A stretch of DNA of 64,000 nt from Octopus sinensis (Eukaryota), in assembly GCF_006345805.1 (NCBI RefSeq), contig NC_043000.1:120590001-120654000 (forward strand), written 5' to 3'. The notes beneath the pieces were generated by a model, which saw nothing but the letters and a program-made list of their open reading frames with translations, was not told where the DNA came from and did no database searches. The position numbers were made by a program, and so were the translations under genes. Position 1 is the stretch's first letter, and each line of letters starts with the position of its first letter. Shown piece by piece: positions 12,434 to 26,983 of the stretch.

Positions 12434-12815
12434 GTCTGTCTCTCGGTCTGTCTGTCTGTCTGTCTGCTTGTTAGTCTGACTCTCAGACATTGAGCCTGAT
12501 TACCTGCTTACTGTCTTTCTGTTTCTCTTTCACTCATAGTATGCACACATACACATGCACACTCACACACAAACACACACATACACATACCTACTACATC
12601 CACACATATATGAATGCATATACAAATTTATCTGCCCTTAAATGTTGATGTATTAAAACCGCTATTCATTATATATATATATATATATATAATTTATGTT
12701 ATATACTTATATATATGTGTCTGTATACGTATGTATTATATACATATATATATATATATGTGTGTGTGTATACGTATATGCATTACATATATATATACAT
12801 ACATACATATATATA

Positions 12816-12866
<51 letters not shown>

Positions 12867-13230
12867 CACATACATACATACATATCTAGATAGGTGGATA
12901 GATAGATAGATGGATAGATATGTATAATAAGAAAGACAGACAGAGAGATATATGTATATAAATGTATATATATTTATATATTTATGTTATATATCATATA
13001 CTTATGCTATGTATATTATTCGTATATGCATATGCATATCTCTTTCTCCCTCTGTCTCCCCTTCTCTCTCTTCCTATATACATATATTCATATATATAAG
13101 TGTGTGTGTATATCTGTGTATGCACACATCATACTAGCAGTCATGCAGATGCACACAGAAACACCCATACTTATATATGTATGTGTGCGTGTTTGTGTTT
13201 TTGTGTGCGATATAAAAGGCATCTCTTATG
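10570..13230. repeat. compound microsatellite field (TA, CA, TACA, TCTA)
   Basis: Directly visible; source of the overlapping YI/HT/CV pseudo-ORFs. Confidence 0.9.
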
Positions 13231-13892
13231 TATGAGTTCTTTATTGCTGTAAGTTTAGCCTGCAATAATAGCGTTCCGAAATCCATTAGACCATTAACGT
13301 TTGAGTCCCTCACAATTCCATTATCAGAATAATGCAAGAATAATATCATTGTGTCATATGCGTTTTGCTGTAGGCCACAATGGATCATTGGAATGCCGTT
13401 ATTAGTGATAACACATCGGTCTTGGGTTTGAAAACTATACACTGGTAAAGCCTAGTGAATTTCTTAAAAGCGAAACCCTCATGTATCAGGCATTAGGCAT
13501 ATATTGAAATTTGTCAATACTTATATTTGTGTAATTTTAAAATTAGGCGTTGATTTTGTTTTATCTATTTCTATTACTATCATCCTTTGCGATCCAACTC
13601 AAAGCGCCCTTGCATCAAAATAAGAATGCTATCACTTACTCCAATGACATATCTACGGGGTGGTAGCGGTCTCGAAATTTTTGCTATCTAAAAATGGCCT
13701 AAATAAAGTATCAAGAAATCTCAATGTAAAAGTTAAACATTAACAATAGAAGCAATATTAGTACCAAATAGCAATCCATTAAAAAATATTTTGTAATGTT
13801 AAAAAACCATAATAGAAACCGTGAAAGCTAGACAATAATGTAACTTTATACAGCTCTCCCTCTCTCTCTGAATATATATATATATATATAGA

Positions 13893-13934
<42 letters not shown>

Positions 13935-14112
13935 CAATTAAGGATAACTTCTTAATAAGGAATCTTTTCTCATCCGACATGCAGTTCGAAAAAGCCCGCC
14001 ATTTACCGAATATATGATTTATAAACATTCCATGTGCTTGGCCAGAGTGAATAGATGTCTGTTCGTCTTCGATAGGTAAGGTTGGTGGTTTATTTATGAT
14101 GTGTTCAGAATC

Positions 14113-14169
14113 AGTTCTGCTGATGATCATAGACGTAAGTTAAATGTGAAATCACGGTGATACAGAACT
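14113..14169 (+). ncRNA. type I hammerhead ribozyme, intact core
   Basis: agttctg-CTGATGA-tcat...atgt-GAAA-tcacggtga-TA-cagaact; 7-bp stem I, AUA cleavage triplet. Lies in a ~360-bp element (13932-14292) between (TA)n tracts. Confidence 0.7.
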
Positions 14170-14436
14170 AAATTCATTCTTTAAATGTCTTGCTTTGAAG
14201 AACTGCATTAGGTATGATTAGTGTAATTTTGGTAGTAATGACTTTGTCCCTCATAGTGTGAGGCATTTATGTGTAATAATGCCCTCTATACAATATATAT
14301 ATATATATATACATATATATACATATATATATAATATATATATAATATTACATAATATTACATATAATATATGATATATATATATATATATATATAATAT
14401 ATATATATTATCTATATCTATCTATCTATCTATATA

Positions 14437-14485
<49 letters not shown>

Positions 14486-14487
<2 letters not shown>

Positions 14488-14600
14488 GAGCAAAACGCGC
14501 CCCGTCCAATGGACGGTACTGAGTTGTCAAACATTTAAACCAAATTTTCTCAAAACAACTTGTCCCACCGTCCCATAGGCCTCCCCTTTGAGAAACACTG
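14486..14600 (-). mobile_element. hAT-like MITE terminus
   Basis: Minus strand starts cagtgtttctcaaagggg, typical of hAT/Charlie ends. Confidence 0.4.
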
Positions 14601-14761
14601 ATTTAACCTAAATTCGAGTCACCAGCCAAAGAAGAAATAAAGTTAGACTTTTTTTCTATGCCAAAGAAAAATGATTTTATTCACACAAATATGCAACCAA
14701 TGAGTTTAAAGTACAAGTAAGGCTGTTGACTGGGAGAACACAAACATGGTTTAAATAGTAA

Positions 14762-15105
14762 GCTTTTTTGAGCTCTCATAAGGAGGCGAGTGTAAGTTCC
14801 ATCCAATCGCTTCTCAAGCTTCTTTGATAACGTCCAGGTTTCTGAGCCATATAGTAGAATTGGTTCGACTGTGGCTTTGAAGATTTTAAGTTTGAAATCT
14901 CTACTTAGATTTGATGACCAGATCTTATGCAAATCATTACAAGCTGACCAGGCCACACCCTGTCTAACGAGAAAATCTTTTTCATATGATGATATGTATG
15001 ACCCAAGATATTTGTAATAAGAGACCATATTTAAGAGCGTATTATTGAGAGTATGGATGATGAAATCACTATTGGACAGGCACTTGTTTACATATTCAGT
15101 GTCTA
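14762..15105 (-). mobile_element. RTE-group LINE RT C-terminal fragment
   Basis: YKYLGSYIS...KLKIFKATVEPILLYGSETWTLSKKLEKRLDGTYTRLLMRA. Confidence 0.85.
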
Positions 15106-16267
15106 TGCACTGATGGATCTAATCGCACCACAGCAAGAGCGATGACCATTTGTGTGTGTCTATGTGTGTGAAATATTCAAGTCGTACTGTTCAGAGACGT
15201 ATATCAATACAGTAAATTTCCTTCTTCAAATAGTCACTCATCATGAACATGAGATATTGTATACCTCAATTTTTTTTATTATCATCATCTTAGTTCTTGT
15301 CCTATTAACACTATTCAATAGATACACAGATGTATTCCAATGCTTATCGTCTTTTGACCTGCAACACATGGCTGGATTATCTGCATTTCCTGTTGTCAAC
15401 GTCTATATATCTGTAATAGCCACAATTGGAAACACCACATGCATTGCGTATATAGGCACGTGTATGTATATAAGCTATAGACAGATAAATAGATAAATTG
15501 ATCTAGCCCTTCAACTAGATAGATTTATTGATCTCTTTCCTAAACCAGAGAAAGAGTAAATTAAATGTAAAAAAACGAGAATTTCTGTTCAATCAAATTA
15601 CCAGTACTTTTGTGTTTAATATTCCGATTAACCATTTAAAACTAAGTTTTTATTTTGCGACAGTTTTCTTGGTTTGTATAAAACCCGTTTTCATCTGTTG
15701 TAATCGTCGCCATAGAAAATGGCGCTGTGACAGCGTAATTACACGACAACAATTAGATTACGACATACATATGAATAAATTAAAGTAAATAATACAAAAT
15801 TCCTGAGAGTAATTACTATAAAGGCATCCGTAGTAATTAAATAAACTTGTCTGTTTCCAATGTATTCATTTGCTCTTTTATTGACATTTTTATAAGTGAA
15901 CACTGTCCAAAATACGATATATTTGCGTTACCAATTCCCACTTCGAATGTTCCCAAGCCTTCTTTGGAAGAAATGTTTTAAATGCAAAGCTAAATAAAAG
16001 GAGAGAAAGAAAAGAGAATTCACTGAAGTACTATTTGTAAAAGATGGCATACACTAAGAAAAAAAAAGTAAAGCAAATATATCGCTAGGCAACTAAACAC
16101 ACACACACATACAGGTAGATAGATACACCTGTATGTGTAATTACATACGAACACATTTGCACATATATATATATATATGCATATATATGTATACGTATAT
16201 ATATATAATGTATGTGTATAATATATATATATATATATACACATATGTATACGTATATGTATATATG

Positions 16268-16309
<42 letters not shown>

Positions 16310-16477
16310 AATGTATGTATATATGTGCGTGTATATATATATTTATATATATAGGTACACATAAAGGTTCATACGTTTATGTATATATACATATATATTT
16401 ACGTACACATGTGCATACATCGTTGTTTTATATTTATACATACATACATGTATATATATATATCTGTGTGTGCATAC

Positions 16478-16508
<31 letters not shown>

Positions 16509-17117
16509 ATATATGTGTATATAGATATATATATATATGTATGTACGTATGTAAGTATACATATTTATACACATACAGGTACATATATAAGGACGCATCC
16601 ACACATATATATTTACGTATGTATGTATTTATCTATGTAAGAGAGAGAGAGAGTTGCGCCCATTGTTGCACAGTAGCTATAAAAACGATTTTTTAAATGA
16701 CAGCATAGCGAAACGTTGCGCTTAGTATATTCTATCGGACTAGAAAAGTACGAATGCAAATACCTTTCATTAAACTTATTTGATGCAATTGAAAACTCTC
16801 TAATGCAGAGCTCTACATGAAAAGTGCATGTTTTGTGTTCATAAGTTTAGTTGTTGTGCAAGAAATACGTCCTGTTAATTCGATTAAACCCTGAGTGGAT
16901 TATACACCAGTTGATCACCAAATACGGTTATTTCCTTGTAGCTACCTCTTTAAATAACAATGCTTTATATAAATTCGTCTTCTTGCTATCTCATTATTAT
17001 CCCTCCGATAAACTTCTATAACTTTGTTGAACTTCTTCTTGAAATGAGTTTTTCCGAAATAGCCAAAAAATTTTGATCTGCCACTAAATGATCTACCAAA
17101 AATTTTGATCTGCCATA

Positions 17118-17259
17118 GGTGCAAGAGTGGCTGTGTGGTACGTAGCTTGCTTACCAACCACATGGTTCCTGGTTCAGCCTCACTGCGTGGCACCTTGGGC
17201 AAGTGTCTTCTACTATAGCCTCGGGCCGACCAAAGCCTTGTGAGTGGGTTTGGTAGACA
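17118..17259 (+). mobile_element. family C SINE 5' part
   Basis: ggtgcaagagtggctgtgtggt...ggcaccttgggcaagtgtcttc; interrupted by the adjacent family M array. Confidence 0.85.
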
Positions 17260-17260
17260 G

Positions 17261-17688
17261 CAGACGAAATACATGTTTCTTTACTACCCACAAGGGGCTA
17301 AACACAGAGAGGACAAATAAGGACAGACAAACGGATTAAGTCGATTATATCGACCCCAGTGCGTGACTGGTACTTATTTAATCGACCCCGAAAGTATGAA
17401 AGGCAAAGTCGACCTCGGCGGAATTTGAACTCAGAACGTAACGGCAGACAAAATACCTATTTCTTTACTACCCACAAGGTGCTAAACACAGAGAGGACAA
17501 ACAAGGACAGACACACAGATTAAGTCGATTATATCGACCCCAGTACGTAACTAGTACTTATTTAATCGACCCCGAAAGGTTGAAAGGCAAAGTCGACCTT
17601 GGCGGAATTTGAACTCAGAATGTAACGGCAGAAGAAATACCGCTAAGCATTTCGCCCGGCGTGCTAACATTTCTGCCAGCTCTCTGCC
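17261..17688 (-). mobile_element. family M SINE, one head plus tandem ~185-nt body units
   Basis: Junction aaagaaata|ggtatt between units. Confidence 0.9.
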
Positions 17689-17829
17689 TTATCTTATCTT
17701 ATCACATGTAACTTATATAAAGAATTCTGGTAAAATACAAAGATATCAAAATACTGAGTTCAGAAACACTAACCTGATTTATGACAGAAATGACACTTTT
17801 AGAAATATCATTAGGAAAATATAGCGAGC

Positions 17830-18830
17830 GGTCTTCTATTTGTTCGTAACTTCAGATCATTATATTTACGGTAGAAGCTTCCAGACATTTTAAACACGAT
17901 TGTAGATGTCGAGTTTGCATTTTAAATCTTGAATTCTCATTTTGTCGAGAATATTAGTCAACTGGGGCTGTCCAGAGACGTGCAACTAGACGAATGCTGT
18001 CATTCATCGCCATAGCTAGAAGATTTTGCTTCTGTGAGTATTGACCCAGTAAAGTTTCTCCGTCTTGCAGCTGGTTAAACAGAAAACCAAATGGTTACCA
18101 TTTTTCTATCAACAGTTTTGGTTACATTTTAAATTTCAATATCTTTTTGACGCACAGACTCAATTATAAAATCGAAATACAATGCAACACACATTACTTT
18201 CGGTAAAAAATTTTTTTCATGCTCAGAATTGTTGAAGCATGAAATAAACTACCTACGTCGGTTTTTAGCTGTCAGGACACTGCATGCTCCAAAACTTCGA
18301 TGCATCCCAAACACTGCTGACATACCAGTGCATACTTTCCTTTTCGTGGCTCTTTCACTGTTCAAATTTCTGACTTGTATTGTATCCTGTGCACTGTTGA
18401 CTACCTATTTCTTTACTACCCACAAGAGGCTAAACACAGAGGGGACAAACAAGGACAGACAAACGGATTAAGTCGATTACATCGACTTCAGTGCGTAACT
18501 GGTACTTATTTAATCGACCCCGAAAGTATGAAAGGCAAAGTCGACCTCGGCGGAATTTGAACTCAGAACATACAGACAGACGAAATACTGTTCAGCATTT
18601 CGCCCGGCGTGCTAACGTTTCTGCCAGCTCGCCGCCTTTGCACTGTTGACTACCGTGTACTTTTGGCCATCTTTGATGCATTTCTTTATTCAGCATTGCT
18701 GCTTCTGTCCCTACATCTGTTACCATTTTACAATGAGATGTAGAGCACCAGAGCGCTATATACATCTATCTAATAAGCTGATTATGAATATTAGTTTTAA
18801 ATGTTGTGACAATTACGTGGTTATTCATCA
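17830..18830 (-). mobile_element. highly decayed hAT-like transposase remnant
   Basis: Broken minus-strand peptides resembling ICTDGA..M.G and YLTDIFDKLNELNLKMQ; many stops and frameshifts. Confidence 0.3.
18406..18636 (-). mobile_element. family M SINE, full length with 16-bp TSD
   Basis: TSD tgcactgttgactacc at 18390-18405 and 18639-18654. Confidence 0.92.
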
Positions 18831-19969
18831 TTAAGAATACGCTTCAGTTTGATTTCATTTGATTTGATTTAAAACATTGATACAATTATTTATCTAGGTT
18901 TAATGTCTATTGTTTCAATTTAAATTGAGCAACATGTCACATCAGTCTCAAGACTATCCGCGAAATGCGTGTCTATAATCATTTTGGTATTGAAAATTTC
19001 AATTGCCTCTGTAAATAATAACATACATAAGTTCACTTTCTACGTTGTGTGTTGCGGTAGATTACTTTAAATTAGTTTTGGAAACGAAATATCATTTTGT
19101 ATTTCTCTTTGAAAATGAAGATTAAATTTTATTCTAGTTGTTTTTTCTCTCTTCCTCTTTAGATAACTGAATAAAAAACAAAAAAATGATTGAATAATGT
19201 ATTTTCGCATTTGTGAATAAAAGCAAAAATCTATGAATTATGATTGGGAATGTAAACAAGAAGATAAGAGAAATAAAAGCCTTTTAGGTAGAAAAATATA
19301 AAATAATACAAAAGAGCAGAGAAAATTAGTTTTCAAGAAATCCGATAGAACGTAATCAAGCCGCAACAGCAACGGTGGCAACAATTACATGAGAATTAAG
19401 CATCTTAACAAAACACAAATCCCATATTAATTAGTTGTTGCTGCAAAATAACCTTTCTACAAATCTTTATTTATATTTTTCTGTTATCAGCATAAATTTT
19501 TGTTCCATATTTTTTTTTATGGAACACCATGCTTATATTGTGTTCGTCACATTCAGCATTTTCAAAGAGTGACTATCCATTGTTTCGCATTCTCTCACAA
19601 GACTGAAATTTCTTCCAAAGCTTTTCGCACAATACATATGAATATTGATTCTAAAACAAAGGAAATAGTAATGTGGTGCATTTGTGTACAGTTGAATGCA
19701 TTTTCATGCTATCTAGTGCATAGGAGAGAAAGCATTAACGATCTTATTAACCAATATTTTGTGATTTACTTAGGCCTCTACTAATCACATAATGAATTAT
19801 TGTTATGATTAATACATATTCAGCAGAAAAATTGATTGAATAGTGAAGTTCATCCATTTCCAAATAATGTTTATTGAAATATCGGAGCTCCTTTCTGTTT
19901 ATTATTTTGTTTACGATGAAAGTTTGCGATTACATTGATTATATGACTCAAAGATACGTATCAAAATAG

Positions 19970-20017
<48 letters not shown>

Positions 20018-20019
<2 letters not shown>

Positions 20020-20184
20020 GAGTAGCTGTGTGGTAAGTAGCTTGCTTACAAACCACGTGGTTCCTGGTTCAGTCTCACTGCGTGGCACCTTGGGTAAGTG
20101 TTTTCTACTATAGCCTCGGGCCGACCAAAGCCTTGTGAGTGGAATTGGTAGACGAAGACTGAAAAGAAACCCGCCGTCTATATG

Positions 20185-20223
<39 letters not shown>

Positions 20224-20396
20224 TTGTATATCTGTGTTTGTCCCCCCAGCATCGCTTGACAACCGATGTTGGTGTGTTTACGTCCCCGTAACTTAGCGGT
20301 TCGGGAAAACATACCGATAGAATAAGTACTAGGATTACAAAGAACAAGTCCTGGGGTCGATTTGCTCGACTAAAGGCGGTGCTCCAGCATGGCCAC

Positions 20397-20397
<1 letters not shown>
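20018..20397 (+). mobile_element. family C SINE
   Basis: Colinear with 6715-7176. Confidence 0.88.
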
Positions 20398-20428
<31 letters not shown>

Positions 20429-20554
20429 CACACACACAGATGGAGAGAGGAGATAGCAGCAGAGAAAGAGAGAGAGAGAGGGGGGGAGAAAGAGAAAGAG
20501 AGAAATATAAGACGAATAGAAATAAATAGACGGATACATAGATATACAGAGAGG

Positions 20555-20585
<31 letters not shown>

Positions 20586-20799
20586 ATTTCGCTTTGATTT
20601 GGAAGCCCTATCACAATATTGTTATGTTTATGATGTCATAACTAATATACCTATAAACACACTTCGTTGTAGTCTATATTTCTCTTCTAACAAATTATTC
20701 TTCACAACGTCAAGCTGTAACCTTCCAAACGATTGACTTTTAGCTGTTTTTGTTGTTGTTGTTATATATACTGTCCGTTAATTTACCTAATTTGGACTG

Positions 20800-20905
20800 C
20801 CTTTTCTAATCCTTGGGAAAATTTCATCAAGAAACTCTCCAACACTCAACCCCCATCTTGTTGGAAAATAACATTTGGTTGCAAGTGTTCTAAATTTTTC
20901 GGATT
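20800..20905 (-). mobile_element. Tc1/mariner transposase fragment
   Basis: LEHLQPNVIFQQDGG, the DDE second-aspartate motif FQQDGA. Confidence 0.55.
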
Positions 20906-21397
20906 GTAAACTGAATTTATGAACACCGTATTTATCTGGAGCAAGCATGGATGCCTATGGCATTTGTGATTATTTGTTTCCTTCGCTCGATTTGTTGGTA
21001 GCAAAATTAAAAGCAGGTGCGCATGGGCTGACATTAGTTGCTTTTGTATATAATTATACGATTCTCTGCTAAGTGGAACGGGTTTTGGTTAGGGCTTTTT
21101 CCCCTCCTCTTATTCCTTATATTAATTGTCGGCTTGCTATATTTACATAGCTTCTCTAATCTGTCCAAAGTTTGGGTCTGAAGGACTTTTCAACACTTAT
21201 TTGACTTTCTGTATGGCATGTTCATAGAATAGGCGTACTTGTTTATTTTAATTGAACTCTCGCTTGTGTTCTGTACTTTCACCTAAACCGCGGGATGTGT
21301 TTTCTTATGTAACATGTATCGGTGTTCCTATTTTGCCTCTCCACGCCTCCCATCTTTTCAGTATCAGGCGTTTCTTTAAATGGAAATGATTTACATA

Positions 21398-21472
<75 letters not shown>

Positions 21473-21478
21473 AGTCTA

Positions 21479-21519
<41 letters not shown>

Positions 21520-21662
21520 GTATGTATGTATGTATGTATGTATCTATCTATCTATCGATCTACCTATCTATCTATTTACGTAAAATATATAGGGTTGCGA
21601 ATATTTTTAGAAATTTCACTTCTAGTGGCCTATGCCGACTTATATGTTAATGTTATGGCGCG

Positions 21663-21730
21663 GTTACTGATGAGAATTTCGGCTGGCAATTGTTTTTATT
21701 TGCTAAATATATTTGAAACCTAGGTATAAC
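21663..21730 (+). ncRNA. minimal type I hammerhead ribozyme, intact core
   Basis: gtta-CTGATGA-gaat...attt-GAAAC-ctag-GTA-taac; palindromic CTAG loop. Lies in a ~300-bp segment between (TCTA)n tracts. Confidence 0.75.
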
Positions 21731-21877
21731 GGTACTAAAATAACAAGGTAAAAGTTTTTATTTTTCATTCCCTTCGAAATTGCTCTTCAATGTGGTTTCG
21801 GTCGTTCTGACTGATTCTTCTAGCGTGTAAAAGTACCTGTTAAAGGTAGTTTCTCTTGTATTTAAATGTACACTATT

Positions 21878-22160
<283 letters not shown>

Positions 22161-22189
22161 CATATATATATATTGCGAAACATATTCAA

Positions 22190-24520
22190 AACCAAAAGAT
22201 CGCAAGCTTTAGCTAAGTTACCAGGAAAACAGAAAAATGCTGTATTTTGCAGCGTGATGAACAAAATAGCAACAAAGAAAAAATTGACAATATAATAAAA
22301 AATCCATCTCTTACAAATTGTGTACAAATTCCATCATATCAGCAGTAAGCAAGCTCATTCTCACAAAACGTCATGCTGAAAGACAAACAGAAACAATTAC
22401 AGCATATAATACTAGTAAATATGAAACCGAAAATCTACATTGCAGTTAGCCAACAAAGAAATGGATACTAATCCATGAAATTAAAGTCATTCTCACTGCA
22501 CTGGAGATGGAAACATTCTTCTATGTTATTTAATGTGAAAGAAACAGTTGTAACAGTCACTTTTGCGCAAACTAATATGGATGTAACAATGAAAACGTCG
22601 ATAACCAGAACTACAATCTACTAGCGAGAAACGGAGTTAACCTAACGCCATTGATGGAATTAATACGAGTGATAGTATGTTACGTTTCAATTTTAATACA
22701 AACAAAGTAAAAATACAATTACCTACGCACAAACAGCCACTAGAAATTACCATGCTTTACAACTGGACACAGAAGAAACTTCTCCTTTGGCATTAGCACT
22801 AAACTTTACTTAACACAAGAAGATCGATAATGCTGAATGTCTCTCAGAAAGGGAAAAACACTTTCATACAAATTGGATCAAAGTTAAGGAGTAACAAAAA
22901 GAACAATAACTCGCCCAAGAATACAGATAATGTGTTACAATAACAACAACAGCAACAAATTAGATGATGTATAACAACCTTGATATAACCTTATTACAGA
23001 TATTGATGACAGTAACACTAATACCCTCAAAATGCCTTCAGTAAACCCCGCTTGCAAACTGGAATGTACACATCCCCACTAACATTTAATAAAAGAGTCT
23101 GCATTTCACTATACTCAGAGGAAATAGAAGCACAATAGTTACACTGTCCGAATTGAAACTTAGGTTTCTAAAGACTAATACAGTAAGAAACGTAAAATAA
23201 TGGCTACCCATCAACTTGATATTGGAGTCAGACACGGTTCCGAAAAAAATTGTGATAGCGCATTAAAATAGGGACGTGCTGTGTTTCTCCATAGCTGAGT
23301 CTGATAGAAAGGTATGTAGTGAGTTTAAGAGTACCAAACTATATCCAGGAAAATGCATCCACGTATCTGTTTCTTTATTACCCACAAGGGGCTAAACATA
23401 GAGGGGACAAACAAGGACAGACAAACGGATTTAGTCGATTATATCGACTCCAGTGCGTAACTGGTACTTAATTTATCGAACACGAAAGGATGAAAGGCAA
23501 AGTCGACCTCAGCGGAATTTGAACTCAGAACGTAACGGCAGACGAAATACGGCTACACATTTCGCCCGGCGTGCTAACGGTTCTGCCAGCTCGCCACCTT
23601 ATGCATCCACATATCATTAATAGCATACAGACGAAAGAGCTAGCAGAATCACTTGCATGCTGGACAAAAAGCTTAGCGTCATTTCTTTCAGTTCTGAAGG
23701 TTCTGAGTTCAAATGCCGTCGTGGTCACGTCTAACTTGCCCCTCCCTTGCGTATCGTTAAAATAAGTACCTATCGAGCAATTGTGTCGATGTAATTGATT
23801 TACTCTCCCCTCAAAAATTGTTTGGCTCGTGCCTACATAAAAACAAAATTAATTCGCTAGAGGTTGCAACACAATATTATGAGAGTGCTAAAAAGCCATT
23901 AACCTGCACTCGAATATGTGGTGCAGCCAAGATGATATACTAAAAACAACTTCCAGGTCACAAAAATGGCATACATACACGGTATGGAACTAGAAAATAT
24001 CCCACACCTGTCACTTATCTAGTTACTGGACTTCCAATTCGATCACTTTGCGGAGTCAACATTCCCAACAACTACAGACTGTCATATTTTCTCTCAGTAA
24101 TCATACACACGCTAGTAAAAATGTCACATGTCGCCATTCATCTCTGGTTGCACTGAAGATCTCAGAAAATCAATGATTGCAACTACTTCTGTGACCTTAC
24201 GGATTGCTTTATAGGTGGCATGGATGTAATATCACTTTACTCGTCAATGTATATTGATTATGTCGTATCAAGCGCGTGGAGATAATTTGTGAGAGTGGTA
24301 TAGTATTTGGCATTGTCGATATCAATGTAGTCGGACTTCTAATAAAACTCGTGTATGAAAACGTATGGAAAGAAATATGATCTGAAAATCTTTTCCCCCA
24401 CCAGAACAGAACAAGGTAGGCCACCCACTATTATTTTGGTAGGGAAGAAAAGCTCCATCGAACGCTGGAAGCGACAGACCAAATCCTCAAAGCTCATACT
24501 GACGAAGACCAAATAAAAAT
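22190..24520 (+). mobile_element. ancient I/Jockey-group LINE remnant, interrupted by SINEs
   Basis: A-rich strand with broken peptides GVRHGS (GVPQGS-like), NMWCSQDDILKTT (TWG..KETLLTTYK-like) and GHCRYQ (QLRSGHC-like), in LINE order. Confidence 0.4.
23368..23598 (-). mobile_element. family M SINE, full length with 15-bp TSD
   Basis: TSD atgcatccac(g/a)tatc at 23353-23367 and 23601-23615. Confidence 0.92.
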
Positions 24521-25385
24521 GACAATAGCATATGTCGTTAGTATAAAAACGATACTAAAACTACATATTTAGATTTAGTAGTCCCATCGACTGAAGGTAC
24601 GAGGCCTGAAAGGATGAAAGGTAAAGTCGACCTCGACGGAATTTGAACTCAGAACGTCAAGACTGATTAAATACTGCCAGTCATGTGTTCCCGGTGTGCA
24701 AACGATTCTGCCAGCTTACCACATTATGTTTAGATTTTAATAATGAATTATATAAAGAAGAGAAGGGTGTAATCATTGGTGTTTGACATTGCTGGAGAGT
24801 CAACCTCTTTATCGTATAGTGGGATAAACAAATAAAAATCTAACAAGCAAAAAAAAAACGCTTTATTCTCAAGATAATTGGAATTAATTATTGTTAATAC
24901 AGATTCCACGAAATTAATGATAGAATTATTCTAGAAAATTTGTTCATAAGAATTACCCGTCATTCTATAGCCCTCTGAAGAAGTAGCAGGCTAGAAAATA
25001 TTGCAAAAAAGTTTGCTTTGGGGAAAGAATTTCTAAGATTGTTTGAGAGAGGTAAAGAAGGTTCTACTCAATTTAGGAATTTTCTTTGCAACAGATACGC
25101 AATGATAGGGGAGAAAATCTAATTTTATGTTCTCTCGGGCATCAAATGTCGACGATCGGATAGTTTATGTTTTGCTTTGTTTTTTTGTATTGTTTTTTTT
25201 TGTTATGATTCTTTTCTTTTGGTAGGAAAATAAATAATGAAAAATGACAAGAGAAGCAAACAGCGAAAACCTGACATCAGAGAGTGAAATAAAAACATAA
25301 AGCAATTTCAAAGCTGGAATAAATAAACGGATAAAACGGAACGGACAGAAAGAGAGAGGATAAAAATGTAAGAGGGGGAGAGATT

Positions 25386-25421
<36 letters not shown>

Positions 25422-26037
25422 AAGAGAGAGAGAGAAAGAGAGAATGCGTGTGAGGGAATGATATCTTCTATGTTATCTGGAAATGGATTTACAAGAAAAA
25501 TACATGAAATTATTATTATATGTAAGGCTGCAACCAAACCATACGCTTGAAATTCTGTTTCATTAATAATTTTCAGAAGTCTTATTCCGGTGCTAAGTGA
25601 CAAAAATATACAGGAAAACAATTTTCCTTTCCTTGTGCGGATGTTTGAAGGAACGAGCAGAAGAAAAAAAGTGCCGAAGGCGATGTTATTTCTATTCTTC
25701 CGTCTTAATCTATACGTAGGATAAAATATGGAATCTGATTAGAATATCGATGATTTGAATCAGCCCCAGGTATACATCATAACGCTTCTAGCCTTTGATC
25801 CCGACCAATGAAAAACAAGTCATTGCAATGTCTTCGATATAGTATATCAGAGAAGCGGGGGACTTCGATTTCAACGGAAAATATGAGGCTGTAATTATAT
25901 TTATTCAGCGGATAACTGATATACATTATCCAACTGGCCTGGGTGTGAAATTATTTCCAATGAATTCATGTAAGCGGAATATGGATGCATACATATATAC
26001 ATACATAGATACATACATACATATATGTATAGGTTAG

Positions 26038-26072
<35 letters not shown>

Positions 26073-26665
26073 GTGTGCGTTTGATTTGAGGCAGAGAGAT
26101 GAAAATAATATAATTAAAAAGGAAACATACACAATTAATATGATCATACATATGTACATAAATACTATGTATTGCATAAGTCTGCAGTGAATCCTGTACT
26201 CCTAGAAGTACACATACCCTTTCTGTATTCCCTGGACAAAGGCTTTACTATACACGCGCAAACAAATGCACTTACATGTATGTATATGCAAGCACTTCAC
26301 TACCATAAATGTTTCAGTCAGGTATATTTACTCATATTAAAAGCATATATTTAATAATGAACTATAGACCTATAAATATACCCATAAATATACACAAATA
26401 TACACCCATAAATATACACAAATACGCAACCATTAATATACAGAAAAATCTACATGCATACATTTAGAGTATATATATATGATACACACACACATATATT
26501 GAATGACACTGCTCAGGTGTCGAAACCATAATAATATCCGTGGGGCAGCCGATGATGGAGGTATGTTGGATTGTTGGTATGGCTGTTTGTGTATATGCGG
26601 AATAGTGTTATAACACATGCGTTATATATATATATATATATATAATATATATATATATATATAAA

Positions 26666-26911
26666 TGCGCCCGTTTTAAAGCCTAGCCAGACTCACGGGC
26701 CCGGTTTCTCGGTTTCTATGGCGTATGTGTTCCCCAGCTGGACGGGACGCCAGCTGTCGCATCGTTACACATTTTTGCCAGCTGAGGTGGACTGCGGCAA
26801 CGTGAAATGGAGTGTATTGCACAAGAACACAACGCGTCGCCGGGTCCAGGAATCGAAACCACAATCTTATGATCATGATGCTGACACCGTAACCACTAAG
26901 CCACGCGCCTC
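26666..26911 (-). mobile_element. tRNA SINE with CORE-like middle and V-domain-like 3' part (family V)
   Basis: Head ggaggcgcgtggcttagtggtta, middle cttgtgcaatacact, then ctggcgtcccgtccagctgggg; related head at 30790-30923. Confidence 0.75.
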
Positions 26912-26941
26912 CCCCCCCCCACACACACACACACACACACA

Positions 26942-26983
<42 letters not shown>

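Noticed and set aside
24968-25005. CTGAAGA-agtagcaggcta-GAAA
   Set aside because: No stem I and no cleavage triplet; probably chance.
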